A DNA stretch of 64,000 nucleotides from a virus (IMGVR_UViG_3300035208_002606); one strand, 5' to 3'; numbered from the stretch's first letter, positions 26,401-35,058 are shown. The notes: generated from the letters alone by a model not told the origin. A program made the numbers and translations.

Positions 26401-27300
26401 CTCCGTTTTCTTTTGTGCAACAATCCACATCACCGTTTCATCATGTCCATCCGCACAGACATGAACTTTAAATTTTCGATACTGTTGCTTGTCCAAATCC
26501 TCTAAAACCTTTTTCAACCGTTCGTACCTTTTGTAAACGGGAACTACAATATGAATTTTTTCCCAATATTTTTCAGCCAACAAATTTCTATTTTTCGCAG
26601 TTTGATTATCCCAATCTTCCAAAGAAAATAATTCTCCTGAATGCATCGTGTTCTCTGCGTAATGGCTGATGGGAAAATTCCCAACAGACTTATGCAGTTT
26701 TCTGTCAAAGCCATTAATATAGGAATATATATTGTATCCCAACTTGACGGCCTTGATAGCGATATCCGTATCATCACCGTAGCCAATTCCCCAGATGGAA
26801 TCAAGTCCGTCAATTTTGTTAAGTAAATCCATCTTTATCATTTCGCAGAATCCCAACGGAAAGTCAATGCCTGTAACGGGACAAGGCAGGGATTTTGCTC
26901 CGACTATTCCCATTTTGGGGTCTTTGCGAAACGGAGTCAAAAGAAGTTCAACCCAATCCTTAGAATGAATTACGGTGTCATCATTCAGGAAAATAACGTA
27001 ATCCTGTTTGACCTCCATATTTTTTTCAAGTTGTCGGATGTCCCTTAATCCTTGATTGATTGCCCCTACATACCCCAATGGTTCATTTTTCCAATCAAAA
27101 AAAATGGATAAGTTCTCCTCACTAAAAGATTCAATAAAATCCTGAAGCCTTTCGTCTTTTGCGCCGTTTACCATCAGAAAGAGAGTTATATCCCCCGACT
27201 TTAAATCGGTGTTGGCTACTATGCTTTCCACACAAGGTTTCAACGCTTTGTCAAAATTAATTGCACAAGTAGGGATGAGAATTGTGACTTTCTCGTTCAT
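23458..27300 (-). CDS. multidomain glycosyltransferase (several GT2/GT-A domains, FkbM-type methyltransferase, GT9-like N-half)
   Basis: Four GT-A-like segments with DxD-type motifs (LNDD, LDSD, VDMDE, VDDDE); VIDVGANTG...KVDCEGAE; C-terminal AGIGD. Confidence 0.85.
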   Translation of the reverse strand: MNEKVTILIPTCAINFDKALKPCVESIVANTDLKSGDITLFLMVNGAKDERLQDFIESFSEENLSIFFDWKNEPLGYVGAINQGLRDIRQLEKNMEVKQDYVIFLNDDTVIHSKDWVELLLTPFRKDPKMGIVGAKSLPCPVTGIDFPLGFCEMIKMDLLNKIDGLDSIWGIGYGDDTDIAIKAVKLGYNIYSYINGFDRKLHKSVGNFPISHYAENTMHSGELFSLEDWDNQTAKNRNLLAEKYWEKIHIVVPVYKRYERLKKVLEDLDKQQYRKFKVHVCADGHDETVMWIVAQKKTEWSKIQNAPEIEYTFIDPPDNHYGDGQRIEILNKLESSNKEWVVFLDSDNTVKPEWLLHLWQATFLKDVGGAWCKIHHSETGRDIPEVGHQGKPEFFQIDTLNMMVRLDIAKKHALVWKETEEIGNDFRFAKACFDELPTVFEPEVLGSHGQELSVLVMAVCRNEELIAPFFLRHYETIADKILIYDGGSTDKTLEILKASNKVEIISVPEDKMNNQHLTDFRNEAWKKYRYDYDWVIVVDMDEFIHHPKLREKLEEFKRNGITIPTIKGFQMVSEKFDYGYSGQIYDIVRRGYHDPQWLSKLSVFNPAKVDVNYQVGCHQANPTGTIKKSDESLYLLHFKYIDFDNFIERNKREAARLSETDLKNGWAFHYARDAKMTKEQFMELEKKTINVLNPMPLVNRQNLKTQNPLIFKEIVDNNCYHVSQKDIGGKNVIDVGANTGIFTLLAEEYGAAKIIAVEPNTETLLTLSENTKGEENIFLLPMAVGLRKGEEVEMVHLPQFDKADGRVYSQPATDNSTNIVRTVNLDYLVEQVGNDKPIFLKVDCEGAEYDLFYGASFHALSKIDSIRIEMHENVHKTEGQFGLIEGLRKFLTAQGFVEIFQDRPADPRLRTLGYERKKENEKKYEVTVGIPTKNRYFSTLPTTLLSVMMQTYPIRKLIIVDDSDPKEDGKMTDLRDDPMYQYLFSMLSKKGIEWEVIFGQHKGQHFSHQIVLDKAKTEFVFRVDDDEYLEPNVLEKLMEQMTDGVGAVGCLVLDPKQSQLAPEGYVNNNKISEIYTKENTQWMKQKEGQVFEVEHLYSSFLYRKVEDINFCLSLSDVAHREESIFTHEYFRRGWKLLVTTSAQIWHFRNPNGGIRSNPNPELWTHDEEIFKRKLQSWSIKPDGKIFQIDAGIGDTICFKEILPELIKKYGKVIVGTYYSLLFKDFPSVQTLHPWQVKDIIGEKMADVHNVYRYLWKQSDLGRKIHLKTAYEELFLQEKF

Positions 27301-27336
27301 TTTATTTGAACTCCTTTTTTAAATTCTTTTCTGTCT

Positions 27337-27759
27337 TTATTCTTTCTTTTTGTTTAGAATTGCCAAGACGATACTCGTTAGGGCTGTTACTAAAGAGCCT
27401 ATGAAGGTGAGATACATTTGAGTTGTTGCCCTTTTTTCTTTCTGTTCTTCTAGTTGGGAATTTTGCAACTGCTCATTTTTCATCTTATCCATTTCGGCTT
27501 TTACCTTATCTCTTTCAGCAATAGCAGACTCAAGTTCGTTTTTTAATTGGGATTCTTGCGACCTTGTTTTGATTCTGTCCCGAAGCGTCTCAATTCTGTG
27601 GTCGGTGTTTACTTTTTCCCTAAGCAATTGCTTTTCTTGAGAGGACAAAGCCCGAACTTCCTGCTTGACTATTTGCGGCCTAGTTAGTGTTAAGAGTTGG
27701 ACAACTCCCAATACAGCCAAAATACCCGCAAGTGCCATCAATATTTTTATTTTTTTCAT
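27337..27759 (-). CDS. coiled-coil protein with N- and C-terminal TM segments
   Basis: Hydrophobic termini flanking a heptad-rich centre. Confidence 0.6.
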   Translation of the reverse strand: MKKIKILMALAGILAVLGVVQLLTLTRPQIVKQEVRALSSQEKQLLREKVNTDHRIETLRDRIKTRSQESQLKNELESAIAERDKVKAEMDKMKNEQLQNSQLEEQKEKRATTQMYLTFIGSLVTALTSIVLAILNKKKE

Positions 27760-27764
27760 TTTTC

Positions 27765-28043
27765 TCACCGCATATATTTAGGCTTAAACCCGTTTTTGGG
27801 TTTATTTTGAGTTGGTTGCTGAAGTTCCGTGCCGCCATTTTTCTTAAAACAAGAAGTAATCTCCGATGCAAGCAACCAATTCTTGCAAATATGACTTGTT
27901 TTTTTAATATCCCCGTAACGGGAAATATAGGTGGTGACGGTAAAGAAGTCCGCTTTGGGACAGGCGGCTCTTACTGTTCTATCAGGGGAGTGTTCGCAAG
28001 TCAGGCATGTGCCTTCGTAATATTGAACGCTTGCCGCCCCCAT
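27765..28043 (-). CDS. small Cys-rich (CxxC) protein
   Basis: Start reassigned to MGAASV with SD GAGGAG; CLTC...C...CKNW. Confidence 0.55.
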   Translation of the reverse strand: MGAASVQYYEGTCLTCEHSPDRTVRAACPKADFFTVTTYISRYGDIKKTSHICKNWLLASEITSCFKKNGGTELQQPTQNKPKNGFKPKYMR

Positions 28044-28068
28044 TTCTTTCTCCTCTTTCAATAATTTT

Positions 28069-28905
28069 TTATAATTTACATGAAACATTTTGTAACGGCT
28101 CCTTAAAATATTTCCCCGTCCAACCTTTATGGTGTTTTCTTTTACCTTGAAGAACTCTACAAAGTGATGTTGGGGCCAAAGAATATTTTTTACAAAAAGG
28201 GGCAATCCCCTTTATTTCAAATTTTTCACCTTGGGGCGAAATTAAAATTGCCGATTTAGTATAATGATTTTTGTTAATATTTAATCTTCCATTTTCTGAC
28301 CGTGGACTTCTCATTTTTTGTAATGATTTCTCATCGTGTTGTTTTTTATAAAAAGGATTTTTTGACCCAAGCATCTTTTCTCGTTGTTGTTTCTTTATTT
28401 CGGGGTATTTTTCGTATCGTTCTATAGTTTTTTTGCTTCTTTTCTTTTTTACTTCTGGATGATTACTCCACCATTCTTTTGATTTTTTTCTTGTTTTTTC
28501 TCTTTCATTAGGATTTTCAAATCGTTTTTTATTTCTTTTTTTTATTTCTTCTTTCACTTCAGGGTGTTCTTCATAATATTTTTTCACCGCTATGCTTAAT
28601 CTTTTTTTTGTTATTTTATGGGGGTGTCTGTTTACTCGCCCACCACTCTCTAAGTTATACCCATTTGGGGCTAAAGTATTAAATTCCTTTATTAAAAAAA
28701 TTTCGTGCCAATCTAAATCTTCTTCTAGGCAAGAATAAGAAATAATTTTGAAATTTTTAATGCCATATTTTTTGATAGCATTATGAAAAGCACTACAATT
28801 TTTATTATTTTCGTGAATTTTAATACGATTTTTTATTGTTTTTATTGTTTGTCCCACGTACTGCTTCCCATTAATTAAATTAATGGCAATATAGATAATA
28901 CCCAT
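28069..28905 (-). CDS. GIY-YIG homing endonuclease
   Basis: GIIYIAINLINGKQYVGQT, APNGYN; C-terminal HKGW HTH-like domain. Confidence 0.85.
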   Translation of the reverse strand: MGIIYIAINLINGKQYVGQTIKTIKNRIKIHENNKNCSAFHNAIKKYGIKNFKIISYSCLEEDLDWHEIFLIKEFNTLAPNGYNLESGGRVNRHPHKITKKRLSIAVKKYYEEHPEVKEEIKKRNKKRFENPNEREKTRKKSKEWWSNHPEVKKKRSKKTIERYEKYPEIKKQQREKMLGSKNPFYKKQHDEKSLQKMRSPRSENGRLNINKNHYTKSAILISPQGEKFEIKGIAPFCKKYSLAPTSLCRVLQGKRKHHKGWTGKYFKEPLQNVSCKL

Positions 28906-28907
28906 TT

Positions 28908-29657
28908 TTATGTTTTAACAATAAGATTTTCTGCTTCTCGTTCCATTTCTTCGGGAGATTCATAGCCTTGTTTTATGAGTCCTTCAATTTCTTTAATATT
29001 TTTATATCCCCCTGCGAGCCATATGGCTGCTTTTTCTGGGCGGTGGAGAACCCGTTCCCATTTAATTGCAACTTCAGGTTTAAATCTAAGACTCTTCCAA
29101 GCAAAAGCAATACTGGGATATTTAAAATTATTTTCTAACCAATTGCCAATTTCCCTAACATGAAACCCCTTTTCCAACCACTTTGGAACATCTTGAAGAG
29201 ATATTAATTCCTTGTCCACCAAAGGCTTGATGAATTTTTCCAAATGCGCTGGTTCCACCTTAAACTCGTCTGCAAGTCTCACCAAAGTATTAGGGTCTTG
29301 AACCCCAATTTTGGCCCATTGAGAATATGAATCAGGGGTAACTCCTTTTTCCTTAAATGCACTTACAACTTCAGGAGTAGCCTTGACCCTGTGCCACGAA
29401 AGTAATTCTTTATAATCTGTAATTCCTGCGTTCGTATAATCGGTAACATCATAAGGATTTAACCCTTCTTTGTGATAAATCGCGGCTACAGAGGGTTCAA
29501 TACTCGGAACCATGTCGCGCCAATAGGCGGCATTTTCTGCCGCTTCTCCCTCTTGTCCAAAATTCGTGCGCCATCTTTCTCTGTCGATATCGTCATCAAA
29601 CATCTCTGCCCACATATCATCATTGGGGTTTGTTGGTTTCCATGCTTCATCAGCCAT
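28908..29657 (-). CDS. hypothetical protein with Trp-spaced helical repeats
   Basis: Recurrent W...G repeats; late box at 29708-29715. Confidence 0.65.
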   Translation of the reverse strand: MADEAWKPTNPNDDMWAEMFDDDIDRERWRTNFGQEGEAAENAAYWRDMVPSIEPSVAAIYHKEGLNPYDVTDYTNAGITDYKELLSWHRVKATPEVVSAFKEKGVTPDSYSQWAKIGVQDPNTLVRLADEFKVEPAHLEKFIKPLVDKELISLQDVPKWLEKGFHVREIGNWLENNFKYPSIAFAWKSLRFKPEVAIKWERVLHRPEKAAIWLAGGYKNIKEIEGLIKQGYESPEEMEREAENLIVKT

Positions 29658-29727
29658 TTTTATTTCTCCTTTTTAAATAGTTTCGTAGAGCCACCTCGCT
29701 CTACTGCTATTTATTAAAAATCGAAAA

Positions 29728-30012
29728 TTACGAAAATTCAAATTGTAGGTATTTCCAAAGGGCTTCGATTTTGGCTCTGTCGGAAGTCCAATTATTCTCA
29801 ATCAGGAAATCGCCAACGTAATAAAATTGTTCCTCGGATATTTGTTCTAATTGACTAGAGACATCCCCGTCTTTGTCTATCTTGCGAACTCTACGCAGTT
29901 CTTCTACTAACTGCCTGATTTTTTGCTGTTCTTCAGGCTCAAATATCTTTAGTAATGTCTGCTTCTCTTCGGGAGTTAGCCTTGCGGACCTTTGCCTTAA
30001 TTTCTTTCTCAT
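29728..30012 (-). CDS. hypothetical protein (start uncertain; overlaps bS21)
   Basis: 94-aa ORF from the track. Confidence 0.45.
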   Translation of the reverse strand: MRKKLRQRSARLTPEEKQTLLKIFEPEEQQKIRQLVEELRRVRKIDKDGDVSSQLEQISEEQFYYVGDFLIENNWTSDRAKIEALWKYLQFEFS

Positions 30013-30172
30013 AAGCCCTCCTTTTCTCAGAGGGCTTCATGTAGGAACCTCGTTCTCTACAGGTTGCGACAATCCGTTCTTCGATTACTTTCCTTTTGAA
30101 CCTTCTGAGCATGTCGTCCAATTCTTCAACTTTCCAAGGGGAATTAGGATTTCTCCTGAAAATCTGTGCCAT
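29939..30172 (-). CDS. rpsU: phage-encoded ribosomal protein bS21
   Basis: LRRFKRKV...I...RER..YMKPSEKRR is the bS21 signature; SD AAGGAG. Confidence 0.85.
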   Translation of the reverse strand: MAQIFRRNPNSPWKVEELDDMLRRFKRKVIEERIVATCRERGSYMKPSEKRRAYEKEIKAKVRKANSRREADITKDI

Positions 30173-30187
30173 TCTTATTTCTCCTTA

Positions 30188-30526
30188 TTACACTTTCTTT
30201 TTTCTAGAAAAAAACATCCAAGAGTTTTTCAGTTTGAGTGGTTTAAATATCATACTGATTTCATATGGTATTTCACGATAAACCAAGATTATTATTGCCT
30301 TGGTCACATTGGAATATTCGGGATGAGCAAAAATAGAAATTTTGACATCATCACAACCATTCGCCAAAAACATATTCTTCGTTAGGATTTCGGCATGTTC
30401 GTGAGTCGCTCTTGTGTTTGGTTCAAAGAATATCATTTCTCTCATGGCCCCGATAATGCCATTCAAAATCTTTTCAAACTCTTTCTTGTCTTTACGCTTT
30501 TCGTTCCATCTTTTAATAAAATTCAT
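30188..30526 (-). CDS. hypothetical protein
   Basis: 112 aa; SD AGGAGG. Confidence 0.6.
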   Translation of the reverse strand: MNFIKRWNEKRKDKKEFEKILNGIIGAMREMIFFEPNTRATHEHAEILTKNMFLANGCDDVKISIFAHPEYSNVTKAIIILVYREIPYEISMIFKPLKLKNSWMFFSRKKKV

Positions 30527-30536
30527 TTTTATCCTC

Positions 30537-30743
30537 CTATGATATTATTGTTCCGTGCCATTTACACTTGGGGCAATCCACAGATATTTGTGGTGGGTAA
30601 CTTGTGTAAACTAGACTAGTATCCTTCAATAATTCTTCTCCACATTGGGGGCAAGCCAGACCAGATTTTTGCGGGTGTTCTAGTTGTTGGTATAGTTTAC
30701 GCATTTCTTCGTTATACTCTTCGACTGTTTTTAATTTAGACAT
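30537..30743 (-). CDS. zinc-ribbon protein
   Basis: CPQCG...CPKC. Confidence 0.65.
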   Translation of the reverse strand: MSKLKTVEEYNEEMRKLYQQLEHPQKSGLACPQCGEELLKDTSLVYTSYPPQISVDCPKCKWHGTIIS

Positions 30744-31048
30744 TTTTTATCCTCCATATCAATCACCTTTATCGGTGATTTGGTTTCTTCTCTTTCGTTC
30801 CAAGACTTGATGGCATTTTTGATTTCTTTTCTCGACCATGCCTCTACATTGTTACATTTCTTGTTACTGCAATAAATCTCGACAATATGCAAGGAAACAT
30901 CTTTATCGGTTCGTGGGTCATGAAATTTATGCCATGCTCCATATTCACATGCGTGTGGTTTTGCTCCGCATCTTTTGCAGGGTAGGAGTTTCTTCATCAT
31001 ATCGAGCATATATTTTTTTCTACCCTGTTTTTCTACAATTTTTCCCAT
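30731..31048 (-). CDS. Lar-like zinc-ribbon protein
   Basis: CKRCG...CSNKKC...AIKSWN. Confidence 0.5.
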   Translation of the reverse strand: MGKIVEKQGRKKYMLDMMKKLLPCKRCGAKPHACEYGAWHKFHDPRTDKDVSLHIVEIYCSNKKCNNVEAWSRKEIKNAIKSWNEREETKSPIKVIDMEDKKCLN

Positions 31049-31506
31049 GCTTTGTCCTCTTCGGGCGTATCCCAATCCTTCTTCAAGCAGGGTTCGCTAG
31101 CCTTCATTATCATTTTCGTTTCCTTCTCGTTTTTCAAATCGTCCTTGTGTATAATGCGGTACTCGTGTTCAAACCAACCTTTCCTTTGTTTTTGCAATCT
31201 TAAATTTTGATTCATCACGACTTCGGCGGCTTCTTTTTCGTAATACTTGCCTTCTCTCACCCAATCATTATTTTTTCCCAATGCCCAATACCAAGGCCAG
31301 TATCGTCTCCCGCCTAATTTTTTCCCCGATTCTTCTTCTCTCTTTTTATCTTCGGCTAACATCTTTTCCCACGATTCTTTCGTGTAGCGATATTGAAGAT
31401 GCCATACCTTTTCGCCTTTGTGCTTTGCCTTCGGCTTCGGAACTTCGGGAGCGGGAAGCCTTTTCTTCTTCTTGTATTCTTCTCGTTCTGCGGCTCGTTG
31501 GGTCAT
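31033..31506 (-). CDS. hypothetical protein
   Basis: 157 aa; SD GGAGG. Confidence 0.6.
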   Translation of the reverse strand: MTQRAAEREEYKKKKRLPAPEVPKPKAKHKGEKVWHLQYRYTKESWEKMLAEDKKREEESGKKLGGRRYWPWYWALGKNNDWVREGKYYEKEAAEVVMNQNLRLQKQRKGWFEHEYRIIHKDDLKNEKETKMIMKASEPCLKKDWDTPEEDKAWEKL

Positions 31507-31517
31507 TATTCAACCTC

Positions 31518-32090
31518 CTATGGTTTAATATTTTCCACGAGTTCGTAAATCATTGCCGTTTGTTCGGGGGTAAACATCCACCTTTTGTTGACATTCTTGT
31601 TCGCCCAAAATTCAACAGGGTTGTGCCGCTCCTTGCTGACGGCGAACCAATCAGCCACCATCTCTGCAACCGACAAAGTATCCATCTTCGTTGCGTCTAT
31701 CGTTTGCGAAGCCTCATCCCTTGCGTCAGGATTTACCAAGTTGGTCGTAACATCCGACCAATATTCAGGATGGTGCTTGCTGTTCTTGATATGGTGCGCC
31801 GTTGCGTTGTTCATCGGTTCCTTCATTTCTTCGGGAGGTTCGTAGGGAACTCCTTCGGCTTTGCACTTATATGTCCAAGTCGTGAAGATGTAAGGGGTTC
31901 GTTCGGGTTCCCTGAATTTAAGAGAGTCATGCCATTTCGCCTGAAATACTAACCCTTTGAAACGCTTAGGGTCGTAACTTTCAATTTTATTGCAGTAGCG
32001 TTGCACATTCTTGATGTGATTGGTGGTTCGCTTGACAAACCAATCTTCCATCTCCTTAGTGTATTTTGGCTCAATTACATTGAATATCAT
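31518..32090 (-). CDS. HD-like (DUF5662-type) protein
   Basis: WHDSLK...HHIKNSKHHPEYW...EMVADW. Confidence 0.65.
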   Translation of the reverse strand: MIFNVIEPKYTKEMEDWFVKRTTNHIKNVQRYCNKIESYDPKRFKGLVFQAKWHDSLKFREPERTPYIFTTWTYKCKAEGVPYEPPEEMKEPMNNATAHHIKNSKHHPEYWSDVTTNLVNPDARDEASQTIDATKMDTLSVAEMVADWFAVSKERHNPVEFWANKNVNKRWMFTPEQTAMIYELVENIKP

Positions 32091-32130
32091 TAATCACTCA
32101 TCACTTATATTATACCATAGAGTGTTATGT

Positions 32131-32967
32131 TTATACCCAATACCTCACGAACTGATGAAAGAGTTCCTTTACCTCATTCTTCTTCAATTCGTCATCCTTC
32201 AGTTTATCACGAAAAATTGCCGACCACTTGTAATACAGCCACTTCACCAAAAGTTTATACACGATGTTCCACGGCAGGAAGTTGCGGCTCTTGTACTTGC
32301 GAACCGTCTCAAGGCTCTCACCCTCAAGACTCTTGCTGAACTCGTCCACCCTCTTCTTGTGAATGGCATCCAAGGTGTTGTTGTAATCGTCCAACTCCAA
32401 TTGCAGTTGGTTCAGCCTGTTCTCGATTTTTTCCCCGCCGCCCTGATAGTCTCCTGTCAAGTCCTGTACCATTTTGGCAACATCGTCCAACTGTGCGTCC
32501 AACCTCTTTGCAATTCTTTGTGCCAACGCCGTAGGATTTTTCAGGACTTCCTCAACTTGGTCAACATCGATGGGTTCCTTCACCCATTTATCCTGAAGCA
32601 AGTCGTAGATGCCGTCTGCCAAGGTCATCATGTCTCCGACATTATCGGTGCGGAAATAAAAATTTATTGGAAAGGGGCCGAAGAAATGGCGCTCATTTAC
32701 CACCCGTGTCAGTTTACGGTAGGAATCCAAAGTCTTCTCGTCCACATCACAAAACACGGTACAGTCAATGTCGGATTCGTGGCTCCAGAACTTCCCCGTG
32801 ATGGAACCTACAATGGTCAATTCCCTGTAAACCACTTTCAACTCCCTTAGTATGTCCACAATCTTGATGCGTATGAGGGGGTTGATTTTTTTGTCCTTCC
32901 AAACATAGGGATTTTCCTGAGGTTGGGCGGGGTCAACGATGGATTCTCTAATTTTTTTTAGTTGCAT
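32131..32967 (-). CDS. Pol-beta superfamily nucleotidyltransferase
   Basis: GSI...SDID catalytic motif. Confidence 0.7.
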   Translation of the reverse strand: MQLKKIRESIVDPAQPQENPYVWKDKKINPLIRIKIVDILRELKVVYRELTIVGSITGKFWSHESDIDCTVFCDVDEKTLDSYRKLTRVVNERHFFGPFPINFYFRTDNVGDMMTLADGIYDLLQDKWVKEPIDVDQVEEVLKNPTALAQRIAKRLDAQLDDVAKMVQDLTGDYQGGGEKIENRLNQLQLELDDYNNTLDAIHKKRVDEFSKSLEGESLETVRKYKSRNFLPWNIVYKLLVKWLYYKWSAIFRDKLKDDELKKNEVKELFHQFVRYWV

Positions 32968-33577
32968 TTAAAATATTATTTAATTGGGCCTCAAATTGAC
33001 TGAGATTCATTTGTCCCGAAGGCATTCTGTGTAATTGGCCAAGAACTTCGAGAAATTGTTGTTGTTGTTGTGGAGTTAAATCTACTTGTGTTTTTCTTCT
33101 AGTTAATAATCGTATAAATTCCCTAGCCTCGTCGTCGTTTAAGTTTTGTTTATTGTATAATTTACTAAACCATTCCGACATTTTATCAATTGTTTTATCG
33201 TCCCACCCCATTTTTCTTCCGTAAGAATCAAATTCTTTATCTCCTGTAGATTCGGGTAATGTGCCGATAAATTTTTGTATATCTAAAATCATGTTATTTA
33301 AAAAAGTATCAAAATTGTTAGATTGAAGTTGTTTAGAAAAGTAATCATACCCTTTTTCTTTCATATAAGCGACAACTAGATTGTTCAATGATTGTGCTAT
33401 TTGTTCTTTAGAAAGATTTGTGGATTTTACTAAAGAATCATCTATTGTATTGGGGTCTATATTTTCACCGTTTATATCTTTACCTATGGTTGACAATGCG
33501 CTTATAAACTCATTTGGTTTTATTAATTCTCCTTTTGTTGTTTTGAAACTAAAAAATTCTTTTAATATTTTTTTCAT
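32948..33577 (-). CDS. hypothetical protein
   Basis: Long ORF; start MKKILKE. Confidence 0.6.
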   Translation of the reverse strand: MKKILKEFFSFKTTKGELIKPNEFISALSTIGKDINGENIDPNTIDDSLVKSTNLSKEQIAQSLNNLVVAYMKEKGYDYFSKQLQSNNFDTFLNNMILDIQKFIGTLPESTGDKEFDSYGRKMGWDDKTIDKMSEWFSKLYNKQNLNDDEAREFIRLLTRRKTQVDLTPQQQQQFLEVLGQLHRMPSGQMNLSQFEAQLNNILNATKKN

Positions 33578-33578
33578 T

Positions 33579-34106
33579 TTATATAACCTCATGAATGTCA
33601 TTAATAGTTTTGGCATTTGGGTTAGCGGCTAATATTCGTTTTGCTTCACTTTGTGCCATCGCATCTGCAACTTTTTGTTTTTTAAAATCTGCTATCAAAT
33701 CTGCCATTAATTTTGCCTCTTCTTCTGGAGTTCTTCCTGTTGATGTTTCTTCTCCCTCTTCAGGCATTGAAGTAGGAGGCGTGGAAGTAAAAAGTGTTCT
33801 AATATATATGCCTGCTGATTTTTCAAAATTTTTATCTTTCTTTAGTATTTCAGCGAGTAATAAATCGTTTTTATTTAAACCTTTGCTTTTTGGACTTTTT
33901 GAAATAGCATTCCAAAAACTCACAATATTTCCTGCCATTCCCGAAACAGTTGTCAAAAAATTGGTATTTATTCCAAATGCAGAGCCTAAACTAGCAAGAC
34001 TTTGTAAAGCATTTTGAATATTTCTAACACTATCTTGAGTTTTTTGTGATATTTGTTTAAGTTCTTCGAGGTTCTGTTTGATTTTTATCACTCTGAATTT
34101 TGTCAT
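33579..34106 (-). CDS. hypothetical protein
   Basis: SD GGAG; late box at 34122-34129. Confidence 0.6.
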   Translation of the reverse strand: MTKFRVIKIKQNLEELKQISQKTQDSVRNIQNALQSLASLGSAFGINTNFLTTVSGMAGNIVSFWNAISKSPKSKGLNKNDLLLAEILKKDKNFEKSAGIYIRTLFTSTPPTSMPEEGEETSTGRTPEEEAKLMADLIADFKKQKVADAMAQSEAKRILAANPNAKTINDIHEVI

Positions 34107-34121
34107 ATTGTTCTCCACCCT

Positions 34122-34152
34122 TATTTATTGATATTAAAAAAAACAATAAATA
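34122..34152. promoter_or_regulatory. back-to-back T4-like late promoter boxes (AATAAATA)
   Basis: - strand 34122-34129 and + strand 34145-34152, at the strand switch. Confidence 0.65.
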
Positions 34153-34153
34153 A

Positions 34154-34217
34154 TAGTGTAGGGACAGGGGATGCAACCCTTTCTGAAAAGCCATACCTTT
34201 TTAGATTACCTACAATA
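34154..34217 (+). ncRNA. structured leader upstream of homing endonuclease (copy 3)
   Basis: TAGTGTAGG/CCTACAATA stem with hairpins AGGG/CCCT and CTGAAAAG/CTTTTTAG. Confidence 0.6.
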
Positions 34218-34240
34218 AACAAAACTTGTATGGAGGTTAA

Positions 34241-34804
34241 ATGGGAAAACAAAAATATTTTACGGAAGAAGAAAGAAAAATAGCATATAAAGAATATCAG
34301 AGAAAATATCAAAGAAAATATCGAAAAATTCATAAAAAAAAATTAATTGAATATTATAAAGAATATCGTAAAAATCATAAATTTATATTAACTCTAAAAC
34401 AAAAACAACAAATTAAAAAATGGCAAAAGGAACACAAGATTGAAATTAAAACATGGAGAAGAAATTATACAAATATAAAATTAAAAACAGATATTAATTT
34501 TAAAATGGCTCATTATTTACGCAATAGATTGCGAATTTCCTTACATCAAAACCAAAAATCAGGCTCCGCAGTCGAAGATTTAGGTTGTTCAATTTCTGAC
34601 CTGAAGGTTTACTTGGAGTCAAAATTTCAAGATGGAATGAATTGGAATAATTGGGGAATCAACGGATGGCATATAGACCACATTAGACCCCTATCGTCTT
34701 TTGACTTGACAAATCGTGATGAATTTTTAAAGGCCTGCCACTACACCAACCTTCAGCCAATGTGGGCAAAAGAAAATTGGGATAAAGGTACATCTTTATC
34801 ATAA
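34241..34804 (+). CDS. HNH homing endonuclease
   Basis: WHIDHIRPL...CHYTNLQPMW. Confidence 0.85.
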   Translation: MGKQKYFTEEERKIAYKEYQRKYQRKYRKIHKKKLIEYYKEYRKNHKFILTLKQKQQIKKWQKEHKIEIKTWRRNYTNIKLKTDINFKMAHYLRNRLRISLHQNQKSGSAVEDLGCSISDLKVYLESKFQDGMNWNNWGINGWHIDHIRPLSSFDLTNRDEFLKACHYTNLQPMWAKENWDKGTSLS

Positions 34805-34823
34805 ATAGTAGTAGAGGTGTAAT

Positions 34824-35057
34824 TTGGCACTTTATAAATTCAGCAGACAGACTCGTGCATGTGGAACATGCGACTATTGGTACGGTTGCAGAAAGTTGGA
34901 TTCCATTTGGGCGCCGATGTATGTAATTGTCGAAGGAGCAGGAGCGGAGGAAATCGGGGTCTGTGGGCATCGCAAGAGCGGGTGGTGGAATCAAAAGAAA
35001 AAAAGTAATATGTCTTGTCCTAAGTGGGAATTATTTGCAAGGTTGAAGAATCTTTAA
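34824..35057 (+). CDS. small Cys-rich protein (TTG start)
   Basis: CGTC...C...C...CPKW; late box at 34800 and SD GAGGTG. Confidence 0.55.
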   Translation: MALYKFSRQTRACGTCDYWYGCRKLDSIWAPMYVIVEGAGAEEIGVCGHRKSGWWNQKKKSNMSCPKWELFARLKNL

Positions 35058-35058
35058 A

